A DNA stretch of 64,000 nt. It comes from Saccostrea cucullata. Its lineage: Eukaryota. The stretch spans positions 1-64,000 of the forward strand of contig NW_026923980.1 in the NCBI RefSeq assembly GCF_032062105.1. Reading direction: 5' to 3'. The notes beneath the pieces were generated by a model. It saw only the letters and a program-made list of their open reading frames with translations, was not told the origin of the DNA and searched no databases. Shown piece after piece: positions 28,854-41,151 of the stretch (the stretch's first letter is position 1; every line of letters begins with the position of its first letter). A program made the translations under genes and the position numbers.

Positions 28854-29032
28854 TTTATATTTCACGTCCACTCAAATGCCACTGTATTCTGAGTGTCTTT
28901 TGGGAAAAATAATAATTTCTCCCTTGAGTCATAGTTTCGGGAGTCTTCTGTGAAAAGAGTATAAACCTCGAGGATTTCCAAACAGTCCTGTCTGTCTGTT
29001 CGTCTCATTTTACGTTTTGGGATTAGAGAAAA

Positions 29033-31812
29033 ATGCCCAAAGTAAAAAGAAGCAGAAAACCCCCGCCTGAGGGATGGGAACTCATTGAACCCACAATCGA
29101 CGAGCTTGATGCTAAAATGAGAGAGGGTAATATACAGTTTTATTTATTTTTCTGTTTATAGAGATTTTATATACATGTTTACAAACCATCTATGATCTTG
29201 TTTTACATAAACAACAATGGGTAAGAGTTTTTATCATCAAATATATCAGTAAAACAACCGTTATCTGAAAATTTACCAATCCAACATTTAAAGTAATAAA
29301 GAAAGTACACTTTATGTTAAAAAAAGGTTTTCTCAAGGTTCAAATTAAATGTTTTCTACAGGTACCAAACCATTTGGTCACCCACAAAATTGGCCACCTG
29401 ATTGAGTGGTCAGTGTTTTATTCTAGAGTTTGAACTGTAAAATATTGTGTTGAACATTCTGTGGAATGACTTTACTGGTACTAAGGTGATTTAACAAAGT
29501 GTCGCCATAAGCAGAGTTCTCCACTAGGGGTTTCACCATGGTGGCACGCCATGGTTAAAATCAACAGCCGCCATTATTAAATTCTATTATATTTCAGTCC
29601 TAACACTACTTTTTAATCACTTGAGAAGTTTATAATTGTGTTTATACTACAACTGCCATGCACCTCAAGAGAGAGGCTCAGAGCCGGGCCGTGCTAAAAC
29701 AACCACTGTCGTTAATCGGCTACTATTCTGTGAAGCATGACAATGGGGATCTAGTCAATCAGCTGATCAGTGATGATCATTATTTTGAGGGTTAATTATC
29801 CTGTACACATGGCATGATGTAAATAATTCTGGAGAACTTCAACATGTTCACTACATGATTAGACGTTTTTTTTTTAAAATAAAACAATTACGAGTATGAG
29901 AATGATAATTGTCATGCATGCGATTCAAGTTTCTGTGCCAGAAAAAAAATTACTCTTTCAAAATTTCATATTTCCCTGTATTTAATCAATTTCCCATGCT
30001 TTGTTTTGTAAGTTTTAACTTTATTAACTTTCTGATAAAATGTACATGTGTTTATCCCCATCTTAGTCTAAGAGTTACTTCCCGTTTTTATGAAATGTCA
30101 TTTGGTGCTATTTTTAGCACTGGGGCATGTGGAGAAGTAAACAAAGGAGTAAACTGGGTGAAAAATGCAATATCTAGAAAAATAGAACATTAAGAAAAAG
30201 GGACATTGGACCAAATGTTTGTGTTTTAACTTACAAAATACTACCCATTCATCAGTTTTGGTCATATTTAAACAAAACATTTCATACAAAAGGCTACAAG
30301 AATCTCTCTTATAATTATTAGTCACTGAATAATATTGCCATGGTGACTTTATTAAAAGTTTTTCTTTATATTCCGTCAAAAGGTTACTAATACTACTGTT
30401 CAAGAATCTCTCTTATAATGCCATTATTAGTCTCTGAATAATATTGCCATGGTGACTTTATTAAAAGTTTTTCTTTATATTCCTTCAAAAGGTTACTGCT
30501 GTTTTGGGCAAATTTTTGTGAAGTGAGATACATAATCAAGGACAAGCACAAGCCCTAACCATAGTTAGAATACCTCCCATATACTTGAAATGTAGCAAAA
30601 AATTACAGAATCGCTCCGAAACGATTTTGAAGAATATTTTAAGGGATTTACACTGAAAATAACTTCCAAATTAATTATAACAAGCCTTTCTGGGGTTTTG
30701 TAAGTATTTAAACCTAAAATATACTAGTAATCCAAGTAAAGACAAAAATTCAACTAACTTTCTCAACGTTTTTTTCTAGCTTCAAATTTACATGCCACCT
30801 TACGTTTTGAACTCTCTTGATTGTTCAGATTACATGCACTCATGACTTAGTACAAGTTATCACCCGTGTTTATTATCCTAATCAGTCAAACTGTGTAGTA
30901 AGCTTGCAAATCTGGGGACTAGTAAAGTCTAACCCCATTTTGTATATATTTATACTGTACAATAAAATAGAAATCATTCTGTAAAGGCTATGAAAATATG
31001 TTTATTTTTATGAAATATTAACATACTGTTATTCATTTCAGCTGAGACTGATCCACATGAAGGGAAGAGAAAAGTTGAGGGACTGTGGCCAATATTCCGA
31101 CTCCACCACCAGAAGTCTAGATACATTTACGATTTATTTTACAGAAGGAAGGCCATCAGTAGACGTACGCCTTATAGCTCACATTTTTATCTATTTTCTG
31201 ATTTTACCAAAACTGAGAAAGAGTTAATTGAGACTGAGAGAATGAATTCCTTTGTGAACTTTGATGTTCAAGTATTTTGTGTTTATTTTTTTTTTTAAAT
31301 GTTAAAAAAGATGATGGATATTTCATGTATCAAGAAAGTTAAACATTCTAATTAGACAATTATCCTACAAATACATGTATTATTACAGTCTTGTTTCTAT
31401 CCATTTATTTTGTTTTGTTTTGATACAGAGTTATATGAATATTGCCTGAAAGAGAATATTGCAGACAAGAATTTGATTGCGAAGTGGAAAAAGCAGGGCT
31501 ATGAAAATCTATGCTGTCTGAGATGTATACAAACGAGGGACACAAATTTCGGAGCCAACTGTATCTGTCGTGTTCCCAAGTCTAAACTAGAGGCAGTAAG
31601 TGTGACATTTCATTAAAAATCACAGAATATAGCAAAAGACTTAACACCAATTAAAATTCATTGATCAACTAAATATAGATTCATTTTAAGTTAGTCTTAA
31701 AAGTTGTATCAGGACTTTGTCATTTGGAAGATATTGTAAATGATGCTTCTTTCCTTTTTAGGGTAAGATTGTGGAGTGTGTCCATTGTGGGTGTCGGGGG
31801 TGCTCAGGATGA
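29033..31812 (+). CDS. BUD31: Protein BUD31 homolog (G10), 144 aa
   Basis: Exons 29033-29126, 31042-31164, 31429-31595 and 31762-31812; [21 protein letters not shown]...[24 protein letters not shown]...[12 protein letters not shown]. Confidence 0.97.
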
Positions 31813-33749
31813 CCGGAATATTCCATTCTCTTCATTGAACCATTCATTGTCAAGATCATGTGATGATTATTCTTCTCCTCATCCACCATGAACTACATTT
31901 GTACATAGATGTGACCTTAGCTGATGTGACCTTAGCTATTGATTTCCAGGAACTGGTCCAATTTAAGAGAAATGTGATATCTGGAACTATATATAATGAC
32001 ATTTGTTTCATGGAGGTTTGGCAAACACTGGAGAACTTTGTGTATTGAACGTTCATGCAAGCAATAAGCCAAACATAACACTGCATTGTGCATCTTAAGG
32101 TTTTAATGAAAACTTTTTCATGTTGACTTTTATCTTGTGTATAGTGAATAAAAATGTGACTTTATTATAAAATGATTATAATTTATCAACCTGGCAAGTT
32201 TTTAATTGTGTCCTTTAATTCAGAAATTCTGTCTGCAGAAGGAAACTGACTTAATATGAGTGTTCTTTACCAATACTAAGCTTTTACAAGGATTAGTGCA
32301 TATAATAAACAAGAGACGCAAGATTTACAATGCTCTAATAAATAACCTAGAAAGGTCATACAAAATTGTGGCCTTGTATTTTGACTCTGCCTTATAAACA
32401 TTAAGGGTGCTGTCTCTCAATTCAAACACTTCAAAACAATATATTCAGTTATGAATATGAAAAAAAATTGTGCACATGCGTTATGTATAATTTATTCAAC
32501 CTTAACAGAGACCACACATTGAAGAGAAAAGAAAAACTAACTCCGGAGTGTTTGCAAATGTAAATAATGAGCTTTTATTTTTGTCTACATAATTCAGACT
32601 GAGTGTAAAAGCAAAAGTGCCGATCTTTCATAAGGGGTGGGGGTATGAAACAGGGATTTACATCCCTCTTTGGAAATTTCAAGGTTGAGGAGCAAGTTCA
32701 GAAAATTAAAAAAAAAAGAAAATAATCCCCCACCCTGCTGCAATTTTTGCTCATTCTTATTTTGTCAATATGACCTTGAAATTGCCAAGAAGATCTTGTT
32801 TATAAGCATAAATCCTCTGCTCTTTAGAAATCTTGCAAAGAAATACGGACATGTCATGTTTATCTATACCGATTATGAATTTTACCCTTTTTGTATTAGT
32901 GACCTTGAATTTGCTGGAATTATGCTGGGTCAAGGTCACAACACAGGTGCGTAGCTAGAAATTTTTCAAAGGGGGGGGGGGCGGGGGTGAAGGGGAAAAG
33001 CTATTATAATGTACATTTTACACATATATGTAGGTAAATAACTCAAAAGGATACTGAGTGGAGTATGGTTTTTAAAAGTGGGAGGTTGATTTACCTGGGA
33101 AAAAATACTTGTATGGATTATCTGAAAAGTTTTTGAAAAAGAAAGGAAACTATATCTCCGAACCCGAAAATCCTATTTTGTAACGGGACTGGGGTTTTAT
33201 ATTGTATTCGTAATCGAATTTCTTTATACATTACAACATTAGCCTTTCACTGAATATTTTCTATTGTAAAACACAACAAAAATTTGGGACTTTCTTCTTT
33301 TTCTTTCTTTTTTGGCAAATCCAAGGGGGGGGTTTGTTGCAACCCCTATAACCCCCCTTCTGGATCCGCCACTGGAAAACACCCATAGGTAATAAATCTC
33401 TAGGGTCAGGGTCAGGCACAACGATTGGTCAGTACCAAGAATGAGCTTCCAGTGGATATCCATAACAAAGATATGTCCTAAACAGGCACTTAGCATCGTT
33501 TTTGAAAGTGAAAAAAAAGGAAAAAAGTTACCCAAAGTCATCCAAAGTCACCCAAAGTCGAAAATCCTATTTCGTGGGAGGCGGGGGGGGGGGGGGGGGG
33601 GGGGGGGGGTTGAGGTAAACTTTTTCTCAGTGTCAACTACTTTCAACTTTCAGTACCAATTCTAATACTACATTTTCGGTACATCACTAAAAGTGTGTGT
33701 GTGTGGTGGGGGGGGGGGGGGGGGGGGAGGCAACCAGGCTTTCAATTAA

Positions 33750-34664
33750 GGACGTTCGATCCTGAGATTTTTAGCGTATTTTGGTCAGGTCTTTTATTTA
33801 TAAAATTCTGCTTCATTTTTAAGTTCTAACATTAATTCTGAATTCTACAGTGCAAATTTAACTATATATTCAATGAAAAAACCGCGATTAAATTCCATTC
33901 AAGTAGAATTAAGCTAGGGACTATATTTTGTGGCGGAAGGTTTTTTTTAGACAAAAATGATCAGTTTTTCCATTTTGAACTATAACAGTACTCTTAATTT
34001 TGAATTCCTATTTTTCCAACCTGGTTGCGCACAAAGCTGTATTTTGCAGTGAAATGTGTTATGCTGGTTCTGAAATATCTATTAAATTATTTCTTATGCA
34101 TTCTATCAACAAATATAGTTAATATATTCTGAAAATCCGGGGAAAAATTGAGCCAATTTTAACGTAAAATTGACACTTTTTTAGTAATATCTAAAAATTT
34201 ACATCATATACCCCCACTTTTGATGTCCTTTTCTATGTATTCAATATAATTTTGACCTATTTGCTTAATTAAAATCAGAAAAAGTTTGAGACTTTAAAAT
34301 AATTTTCAATGCTAGAAAAATCACTTTTTATTAGTGCAGAAAAGTCAAATAATTGATTATGCGAAGCAATTTGAAACTTTTTCTTAGTCACAATTTTTAA
34401 GTGTCTTTTTTAAAATAAACTTAGAGTTCATTTTGTTTCATGCTTTAATTGGATAAAAATATTGGAGGGAAAACGTCAAAAATCTGATATTTAATTAAGA
34501 CACAAATTTCAGTGCAAAAGGGTCATATTAAATGTACTGTAGCGCAAAAAGAAGCGAATTGACTCCCATTTTTTATTTGAATTTTAATTAAGCTATGTAT
34601 GAAGAAACTAAAAATATACTTGGCAAAAAATTTTTAAGACTTTAAATATCAGGATCGAACATCG
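33750..34664. mobile_element. Non-autonomous TTAA-targeting element (Kolobok-like)
   Basis: TTAA at 33746-33749 and 34665-34668; TIR ggacgttcgatcctgagattt / aaatatcaggatcgaacatcg. Confidence 0.75.
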
Positions 34665-35137
34665 TTAACGTTTCCTATAGTATAAGTAAGGTTGGTGAAA
34701 AAAGCCCGGCCCCCCCCCCCCCGGTTGCTACGCCCCTGCTAGATTTTTAAAAAATACTTTTTGGGGCAGTGACCTTGAAAATGTATTGCTCCAAAATTAC
34801 AGTATGTACTACTGGCGGATCAGTAGGAATCTCTGTAGAAGTTTGAGCTTCAAGTGTTTTTCCCTAGATTTAAAAAAGTTTTAGCCTGGAAAAAAGTGCA
34901 AAACAGTCTGACAAGAAAATTCCTGCATACCCCCAAACTTTGGTTCTGGGGGTTTAATAAATTTGGAACCCCACCCAGGCACCCACTTTTTTAAAAATAA
35001 AATTCTAGATCCGTGCCTGCAATGTGAGATCAATATAAGAAAGATCATTTTCATTTTTTTTTTTTTTTTGAGAACAGAGAAACCATGATTAGTCATATTA
35101 GTACAGAAGCATCCCCAATTAGTGTAGATTCAAGGTA

Positions 35138-35715
35138 CAGGGGCGGATACAGGATTTGTGGTTAGGGGGGGCGTGGATAACTTTGTTGAGGCAAGGGGTC
35201 TGGGGGCCGCCCTAAGGCCCCCAGTGAGGGTGAAGCCCTGGTGAGGGCCCAGGGGGCGAAGCTCCTGGGTTTTCGTGTATTTTAGAGTAAAACCAGGCAC
35301 AATAATAGTGCATATTTTTCAATTATTTTTGTTAAAATTGGCATATAGGTCCGGATGTTTGAATAATAATTGTATTGAATGTTTTTCAGTTCTCATTGTA
35401 GTGTAATACATTCCACTATAAAAAACAATGTACTTACTTATTTCTTACTAATAGTGGTATTGGTTAGTGATGAACCAAAGTACGACGTGTTTAATACTAG
35501 TCATATCATACTTTAAATGGTGGCCGGGGGCCCAGGGGGCGCAGCCCCCGGAAGCTCCTGGATTTTTGTATATTTTAAGAGTAAAACCAGGCAGAATAAC
35601 AGTGGTTTGGTTAGTTTTGTACCAAAATATGGCATACTAAATATTAGTCACATCATTCATTGAAAATTTTAGGGGGGGGCGTGCGCCCCCCACGCCCCCC
35701 TTAAATCCGCCAGTG
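35138..35715. mobile_element. GC-rich-ended MITE with a 5-bp TSD (hAT5-like)
   Basis: caggggcggat...atccgccagtg ends; TSD aggta on both sides; internal duplicated gggcccagggggcg...gagtaaaaccaggca block. Confidence 0.75.
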
Positions 35716-36698
35716 AGGTAGGGTCGACATTGAAAAAGACTATTAGGAATATAATTTTTTAAAAATAAATTAAAGCCATCAGTAGACAGAGAAACATTGA
35801 AGTATCCCCATTTTAAGTATGTTCAAATCATGTATCCCTAATTCACAAGATCCCCATTAATTAATAGTTAATTGCAAAAGTGCTCAGGTGAGTGATGTGG
35901 CCCATGGGCCTCTTTTTTATATATTTGCCAACAATCGCCATTGACTTGATATTGAAACCTTTTTAAAAATGTTTGGAATGAGACTAATACACTTACACAA
36001 TGCACTTTTAAAATTAGACTATTTTAAAATAGAACAAAAAAGTTAAATCGTCAATGAACATGTCAAATACTGGAACATGAGTTTCCTGATCTAAATTAGG
36101 AAATTGACGTAGGGAGGTGTGTTTCTCCTAACCAATGAAAATCATGAAAACCAAAAGAAATTACCAAAAGAAATTATGAACCCGGTTAGTGTCGCTGAAA
36201 CGAGTGAAAAATAAGCCGGATTGGCTGGTATTGGTGCTGTTGCTGTAAAAAAAAAATTATCAAAATTATCTGAACGCACGAGAACAACGATTTAGTGGTT
36301 ATATTTCGTTTTAATATTTACTAGTTCCATTCAATGTACATATAGGGTCTCGTTACCCACAGAACTGGAAAGCAGCTTTAAAATTGAAAAAAAAAAAAAT
36401 TTTTGTCGTGCAAATATAAACAAATATGTTGTAAAAGTCTCTTATTATCTCAGTAGTGTATGTTTATTGACACCGAGACTACGACAAATGATAAAAAACG
36501 AATGTTTCACCATCAAGAACATTTCTACCTCCGTTATCCGCCATATTGCTTTTCATCGAAATTTTTATCCGGGCTAACCGCCCGGCGGCTAAAAATGTAT
36601 TTGAAACAAGTGACTTGCCCGGTTCCGGAATATTAACCGGCTTGACTCGGCTTATGAAACAAGTGCGCCTTATGAAATTGGCAAATCTCCAAATTTTC

Positions 36699-36707
36699 TG
36701 ATGCAAC
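36699..36707 (+). promoter_or_regulatory. Putative C/EBP-ATF composite (CARE/AARE) site upstream of ATF4
   Basis: TGATGCAAC matches TGATGxAAx, ~310 bp upstream of uORF1. Confidence 0.35.
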
Positions 36708-37018
36708 TATGTGTGTCTGTTTACTGGGATATCCTTGTGCATAGAAAATAGTCCTTATATCTATCAATCGTCATTTCTTCTTTTTTCCTTAAAAACAATA
36801 AAAATATATATATATTGTGAAAGATCTACCAGTTATCTTAAATCATCTGTATTTATTTTTTTTCAAAAAGAGAGTTATACTTCTATCGCTCAGTAACATG
36901 ACCTTGGTGATTTAGGCTACTACGGGCACCAGCGCACGTTGTGATCATTCGTTATGTTGAGAACAAGACAGAAAGCACGTATCTGTATTTATCCGCACTC
37001 GTTCGCGAGCGATTAACG

Positions 37019-37042
37019 ATGGCTGCTTGATAAATGGTGTGA
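37019..37042 (+). promoter_or_regulatory. ATF4 short uORFs: MAA* (37019-37030) and MV* (37034-37042)
   Basis: ATG GCT GCT TGA taa ATG GTG TGA in the 5' leader exon. Confidence 0.8.
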
Positions 37043-37097
37043 CCTTCAGGCGTGCGAAAGCTTAGGCTTAGCACAAAGACAACTTTAATATATAATC

Positions 37098-37588
37098 ATG
37101 GCGTGAGTATATACTTTTTATAAGAAAAAAACTCTGTTTATTGTGTGCTTACGTCTACTGTAGTATTGTTCAAAATGGCGCCATATTGTACTGCGTGTCC
37201 GGAAATGCTTGGCAGTTGGACCAAGATGGCTATATGTAGAAGTAAAGTTGCTTTGTTGACAATAAGAACTTGAGACTCATTCAAATATTGAACTATTATA
37301 TGTTTGCAGTTAAATGTAACGTTGATCTCGTATAAATTTATGAAGAAATCCTCTCGATGATATTGATGAAAAAATAATAAAATGTTTTTCATCTTTAACA
37401 GGCTTTACCCGCATCTCATCGAGGCCTTGGCCACTACTTCACAATTTTCACAAGAAACCCCCCTATTGAGTAAATTTTTAACCACTAACGATGGATATGG
37501 AAGTTCTAGAGATGGAGCAGTTCCCATTGTTCGAGGATTTGGCGATGCTGGACGAAGTGGATTCGTCCAGCATCTTGCCGGAGTATGA
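37098..37588 (+). promoter_or_regulatory. ATF4 inhibitory overlapping uORF (63 aa), split by intron 37103-37401
   Basis: ATG GC|gtgagt...acag|G CTT TAC gives MALYPHLIEALA...HLAGV*; overlaps the ATF4 CDS out of frame by 98 nt. Confidence 0.85.
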
Positions 37589-38677
37589 GGACAATGTGGG
37601 AAAGTATTTCCCTGGTAATGACCCGGCTCCCAAACTGGTCATCGACCAAGCCGGCAAGGAAGTGCTGGACGAACTTCTCCTTCTGAGTCAAGATGGTAAG
37701 CATGGTCCTCCATACAACACATTTATTAATATGTTAATGAGCTTGCCTTGCTGTTTTACACGTTATCTTAGAATTGTATATTTAAAGTTACATGTTTTTC
37801 CATTGTAGATCCGTTGGATCTGGACTGGATGGAGGCAGGAAGTCTCGAGCAGTTCCTTGAGGTCATGGGAGCAGGCCAGAACACTCCGACGACGCAAGAG
37901 GTCGCGAAAGCTAGCGAGCCAATCATTGTGATAAAAGACACAAACGTAAACCACAGTGTTTTACACGATTTGCTCACACAGCCAATTACAATTAAACAAT
38001 CTCCACCAGTTAGAGTGAATCAAACACCTGTGGTTAAGCAAGAGTTGTCTCATCTTGATTTACTGGATGAAAGTGTTCACTTAGCGTCACTTCAGTCTGT
38101 TGCTGCGAGTTCCAGCAGTGACACGACTGAGGTTCCATCAGAAATCTCGTTTGACTCGGGTTATGGAGACACGAGTCTGAACACTACGTCCTCCACGCAG
38201 TCTGACCTGCTTGATGTCGGAAGTGTTGACAGCCTTATCAGCTCTCCTCTCTCTGCTGAAGAAATAGACAGTTTGTTATCAGGATCGGAACCTTCCTCAC
38301 CGAGTAGCCAGAGTGACGGCAATGACCCAGATTACTCCCCGCTACAGAGTGATGACGAGGATTATAAACCGAAATCGCGGTCTAGTGGGAAACAAAAGAC
38401 AAAGAAAAGGCGATCTGGGCCGTACAGTTCTACCACCGAAGATCGAAAAGACAGGAAGCGAGATCAGAACAAAAACGCAGCAATTCGATACCGCAACAAA
38501 AAGAGGGAGGAGGCAGACGTTCTCAAAAAGGAAGAGGAAAAACTCGCCGAGAAAAACAAAGAACTTAATGATAAAGTCAGTCAATTAACACGGGAAATTA
38601 CATACATGAAAGACTTAATTTCAGAAGTTTGTAAAGCAAAAGGGTTGAAAGTAACTTTCAAAAACAAATCTCATTAA
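37491..38677 (+). CDS. ATF4: Activating transcription factor 4 (ATF4/ATF5/CREB2 family bZIP), 357 aa
   Basis: Exons 37491-37695 and 37809-38677; acidic N-terminus with LDLDWME; DSGYG degron-like motif; bZIP RKRDQNKNAAIRYRNKK plus leucine zipper; uORF architecture. Confidence 0.92.
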
Positions 38678-39116
38678 ATTTTCTCCAAATCATTTACCAG
38701 GGATTGATTGTATGTTGTGTAAATAGTTGTTCATTGTACATAATTCATTAAAGAAAAATATATAATGCTTGATTGTGTTTGGTTGATTCCTGTATTTTAC
38801 TTCAATCAAAGTGCCAGTTGAAGGGCATGCACTAACTTAAGTGTGAGGAATTAATTTTGATACCTGTGTGAAATTACTCATTAAAAAAATTCATGATTTT
38901 ACATTTGCTGGATTTGGTGATTTGGAAGTGATCATTGAAACATCTGCTGAATTAAACACATCAATTGTTAATCTTGGGCACTTGGCTTAAAGTGTTATTT
39001 ACAGTGTACTACTGTACATTAAATGAAATTGTCAACTAAATCGACGATGAAATGCATTAGAGCAGGAAACGTTTGGGGTTTTCCATAGCACAGCATGTCA
39101 TTCTTTTCATAATGTT

Positions 39117-39553
39117 CAGTTCCAGTTCAAAAACTATTTCTACCTACAGAGCTATTTTTACCTACTTTCTGTATTATCTGCAATTTGTGCCCAAAAAACT
39201 GAACGGTGCAACATGGTGAATACCATATTTTTTTTTTCAGTCACACTAATGATGAATACGACAAAATTTTGTCTAAAAAATGATCACTTCGTGTATCGGC
39301 AATTTTACATTAATTTTTATGCAAAATTGCAAATATACGAAGTAATCATTTTTTTGGCCAAATTTTTGTCCTATCCATCATTAGTGTGATTGATTAAGAA
39401 ATTTTGTGCTCACCTTGTTGCGTCGTTTCTGTGTTGGGCCACAAAGTGCAAGTAAAGCAGAAGGTAGGTAAAAACTGCAACTTTTGGTAGGTTTAAATAC
39501 CTACGCAGCTATTAATAGCTACATAGGTAGAAATAGTCTTTGGACTGGACCTG
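39117..39553. mobile_element. Foldback-like MITE with a 5-bp TSD
   Basis: cagttccagttcaaaaactatttctaccta / taggtagaaatagtctttggactggacctg; TSD atgtt; palindromic over most of its length. Confidence 0.75.
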
Positions 39554-40300
39554 ATGTTAGGGATACCCATCTCCCATAGATTGATATGCTCTTTGTGAAG
39601 GGATGGTCCGCTTTTTGGTGTCCTTGCTACCATTGGAAAATCCATTCTCTGTTATACAACTGAATAAATTTAAAACGATGCACAAATTTTTTACATATGC
39701 CATTGTGCACCTATTTTATGCATTTTGGAATTTTCAATAGCAAAACATAAATACTGTATAACTTGTGTACTTCAAAAGAAGGGCTTCATATTTTGGATGC
39801 TTTTGCATGGACATGAATGTGCAAATTAATGAATACTGCTAATTTAAGAAATCATTTAAATTTTAATACAATATACTCTGAGGAAGTGTATAGCACTAAT
39901 TCATGAATACACACCAACAACTCAATACCAGGTGATTGCGCCAATTTTGAAAACGCCAATGTATGACGTAGACATACAGTATATATGGGTGCCCAGCTGG
40001 CTAATATAACTGCTCCCAAACCCCATCATTGCAAACCACGGTTTAGTGTCCATTCTATTCCCCTGACTTCAATTTCCTGGAACTTTCAGAGAGTGTTGCA
40101 TAGACTGCCAAGTATTTCACTTGGTCATCATGGTCATTATAGAGGGCTATCACTGTGTGAGTTCAGTGCTTAGGGTATTTTTTACTAGCTTTTAGTTGAA
40201 ACTTGAATCAAAGCATCTATGACAAACTTTTGGATAATACTTTAATTAAAACATAGTGGGAAGCATACTGTTGATAAAGGGACATAAACATTTCTGTGTG

Positions 40301-41151
40301 TACAGCAAAACTCAGTTATAACGAAGTCACTGGGACCTATGAAACTAGTTCGCTATATCTGTAATTCATTATAACCATATGGGAAATTTAATTAAGGTAC
40401 TCCTATCCTCAGGTTCTGAAAATTAAGCATTGACTAAGTGAAAATGATCACATAAATGTCTCTGAATTTTCGAAGTAATGTGTTTTAACCCATGATAATT
40501 CTTCAAACTTCATCTTTCAAATTAATCATATTATATAGAGAAAATTAGTAAATCTCAAATATATTTTCAGGAATCGCAAATAAAAACACCTGCTATGCAT
40601 TTTTTTTGATCAATTAACACATTTTGAAAATAAAAATCATAGGTATCCAGGCTTTTGAAGAAATTGGACATGTTTTTTTTTTTACAAATAAGGTACTTTA
40701 ATAATTTCTTCTATTTACTTCGATCATTTTACAATGCAAAGTGTATAACGATTCTCCTGTCATTGCAAAGCTCAATAAATCACTTCTTATTTAATATCAT
40801 GTTAATAAACATTGATATCTATGATTAGATAAAAATGAACATCAATTTCTTGATATATGTAATTTTAAAATGCTTTTAGGGGGTAAAAATTTCGACTTTC
40901 AATTAGAAATTTCTGGAAACTTCAAAGCACATTGAAGGACATTGAGAGGTATATAATGAAAATTGTTGCATGAAAAATCTTAATTTTCAAGCTTGATTTT
41001 GAGACTTTTTGAATGAAATTATAAATTAAAGAGTTATCCTTCCTGGCTGAGAATCGGAGTCCCTTAATTTATATAGCTGGTGATCCAAGATGACTTTGCT
41101 ACATCCGTAAATTCACAATTTCCGTGTTCATACTAAACGAGTTTTGTTGTA
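40301..41151. mobile_element. Tc1/mariner-like MITE split by a Kolobok-like insertion
   Basis: Halves 40301-40391 and 41068-41151 match the reverse complement of the intact copy at 42744-42922. Confidence 0.75.
40396..41063. mobile_element. Non-autonomous TTAA-targeting element (Kolobok-like)
   Basis: TTAA at 40392-40395 and 41064-41067; TIR ggtactcctatcctcag / ctgagaatcggagtccc. Confidence 0.75.

Noticed and set aside
26752-30500. Short local duplications (~26752-26905 and ~30297-30497; also ~4001-4050 and ~8150-8242)
   Set aside because: Ordinary two-copy tandem duplications with no sign of function
32944-34738. Single hAT element from caggtgcgtagc to gctacgcccctg
   Set aside because: Ends are compatible but there is no TSD, and the interior is a mix of other repeat fragments
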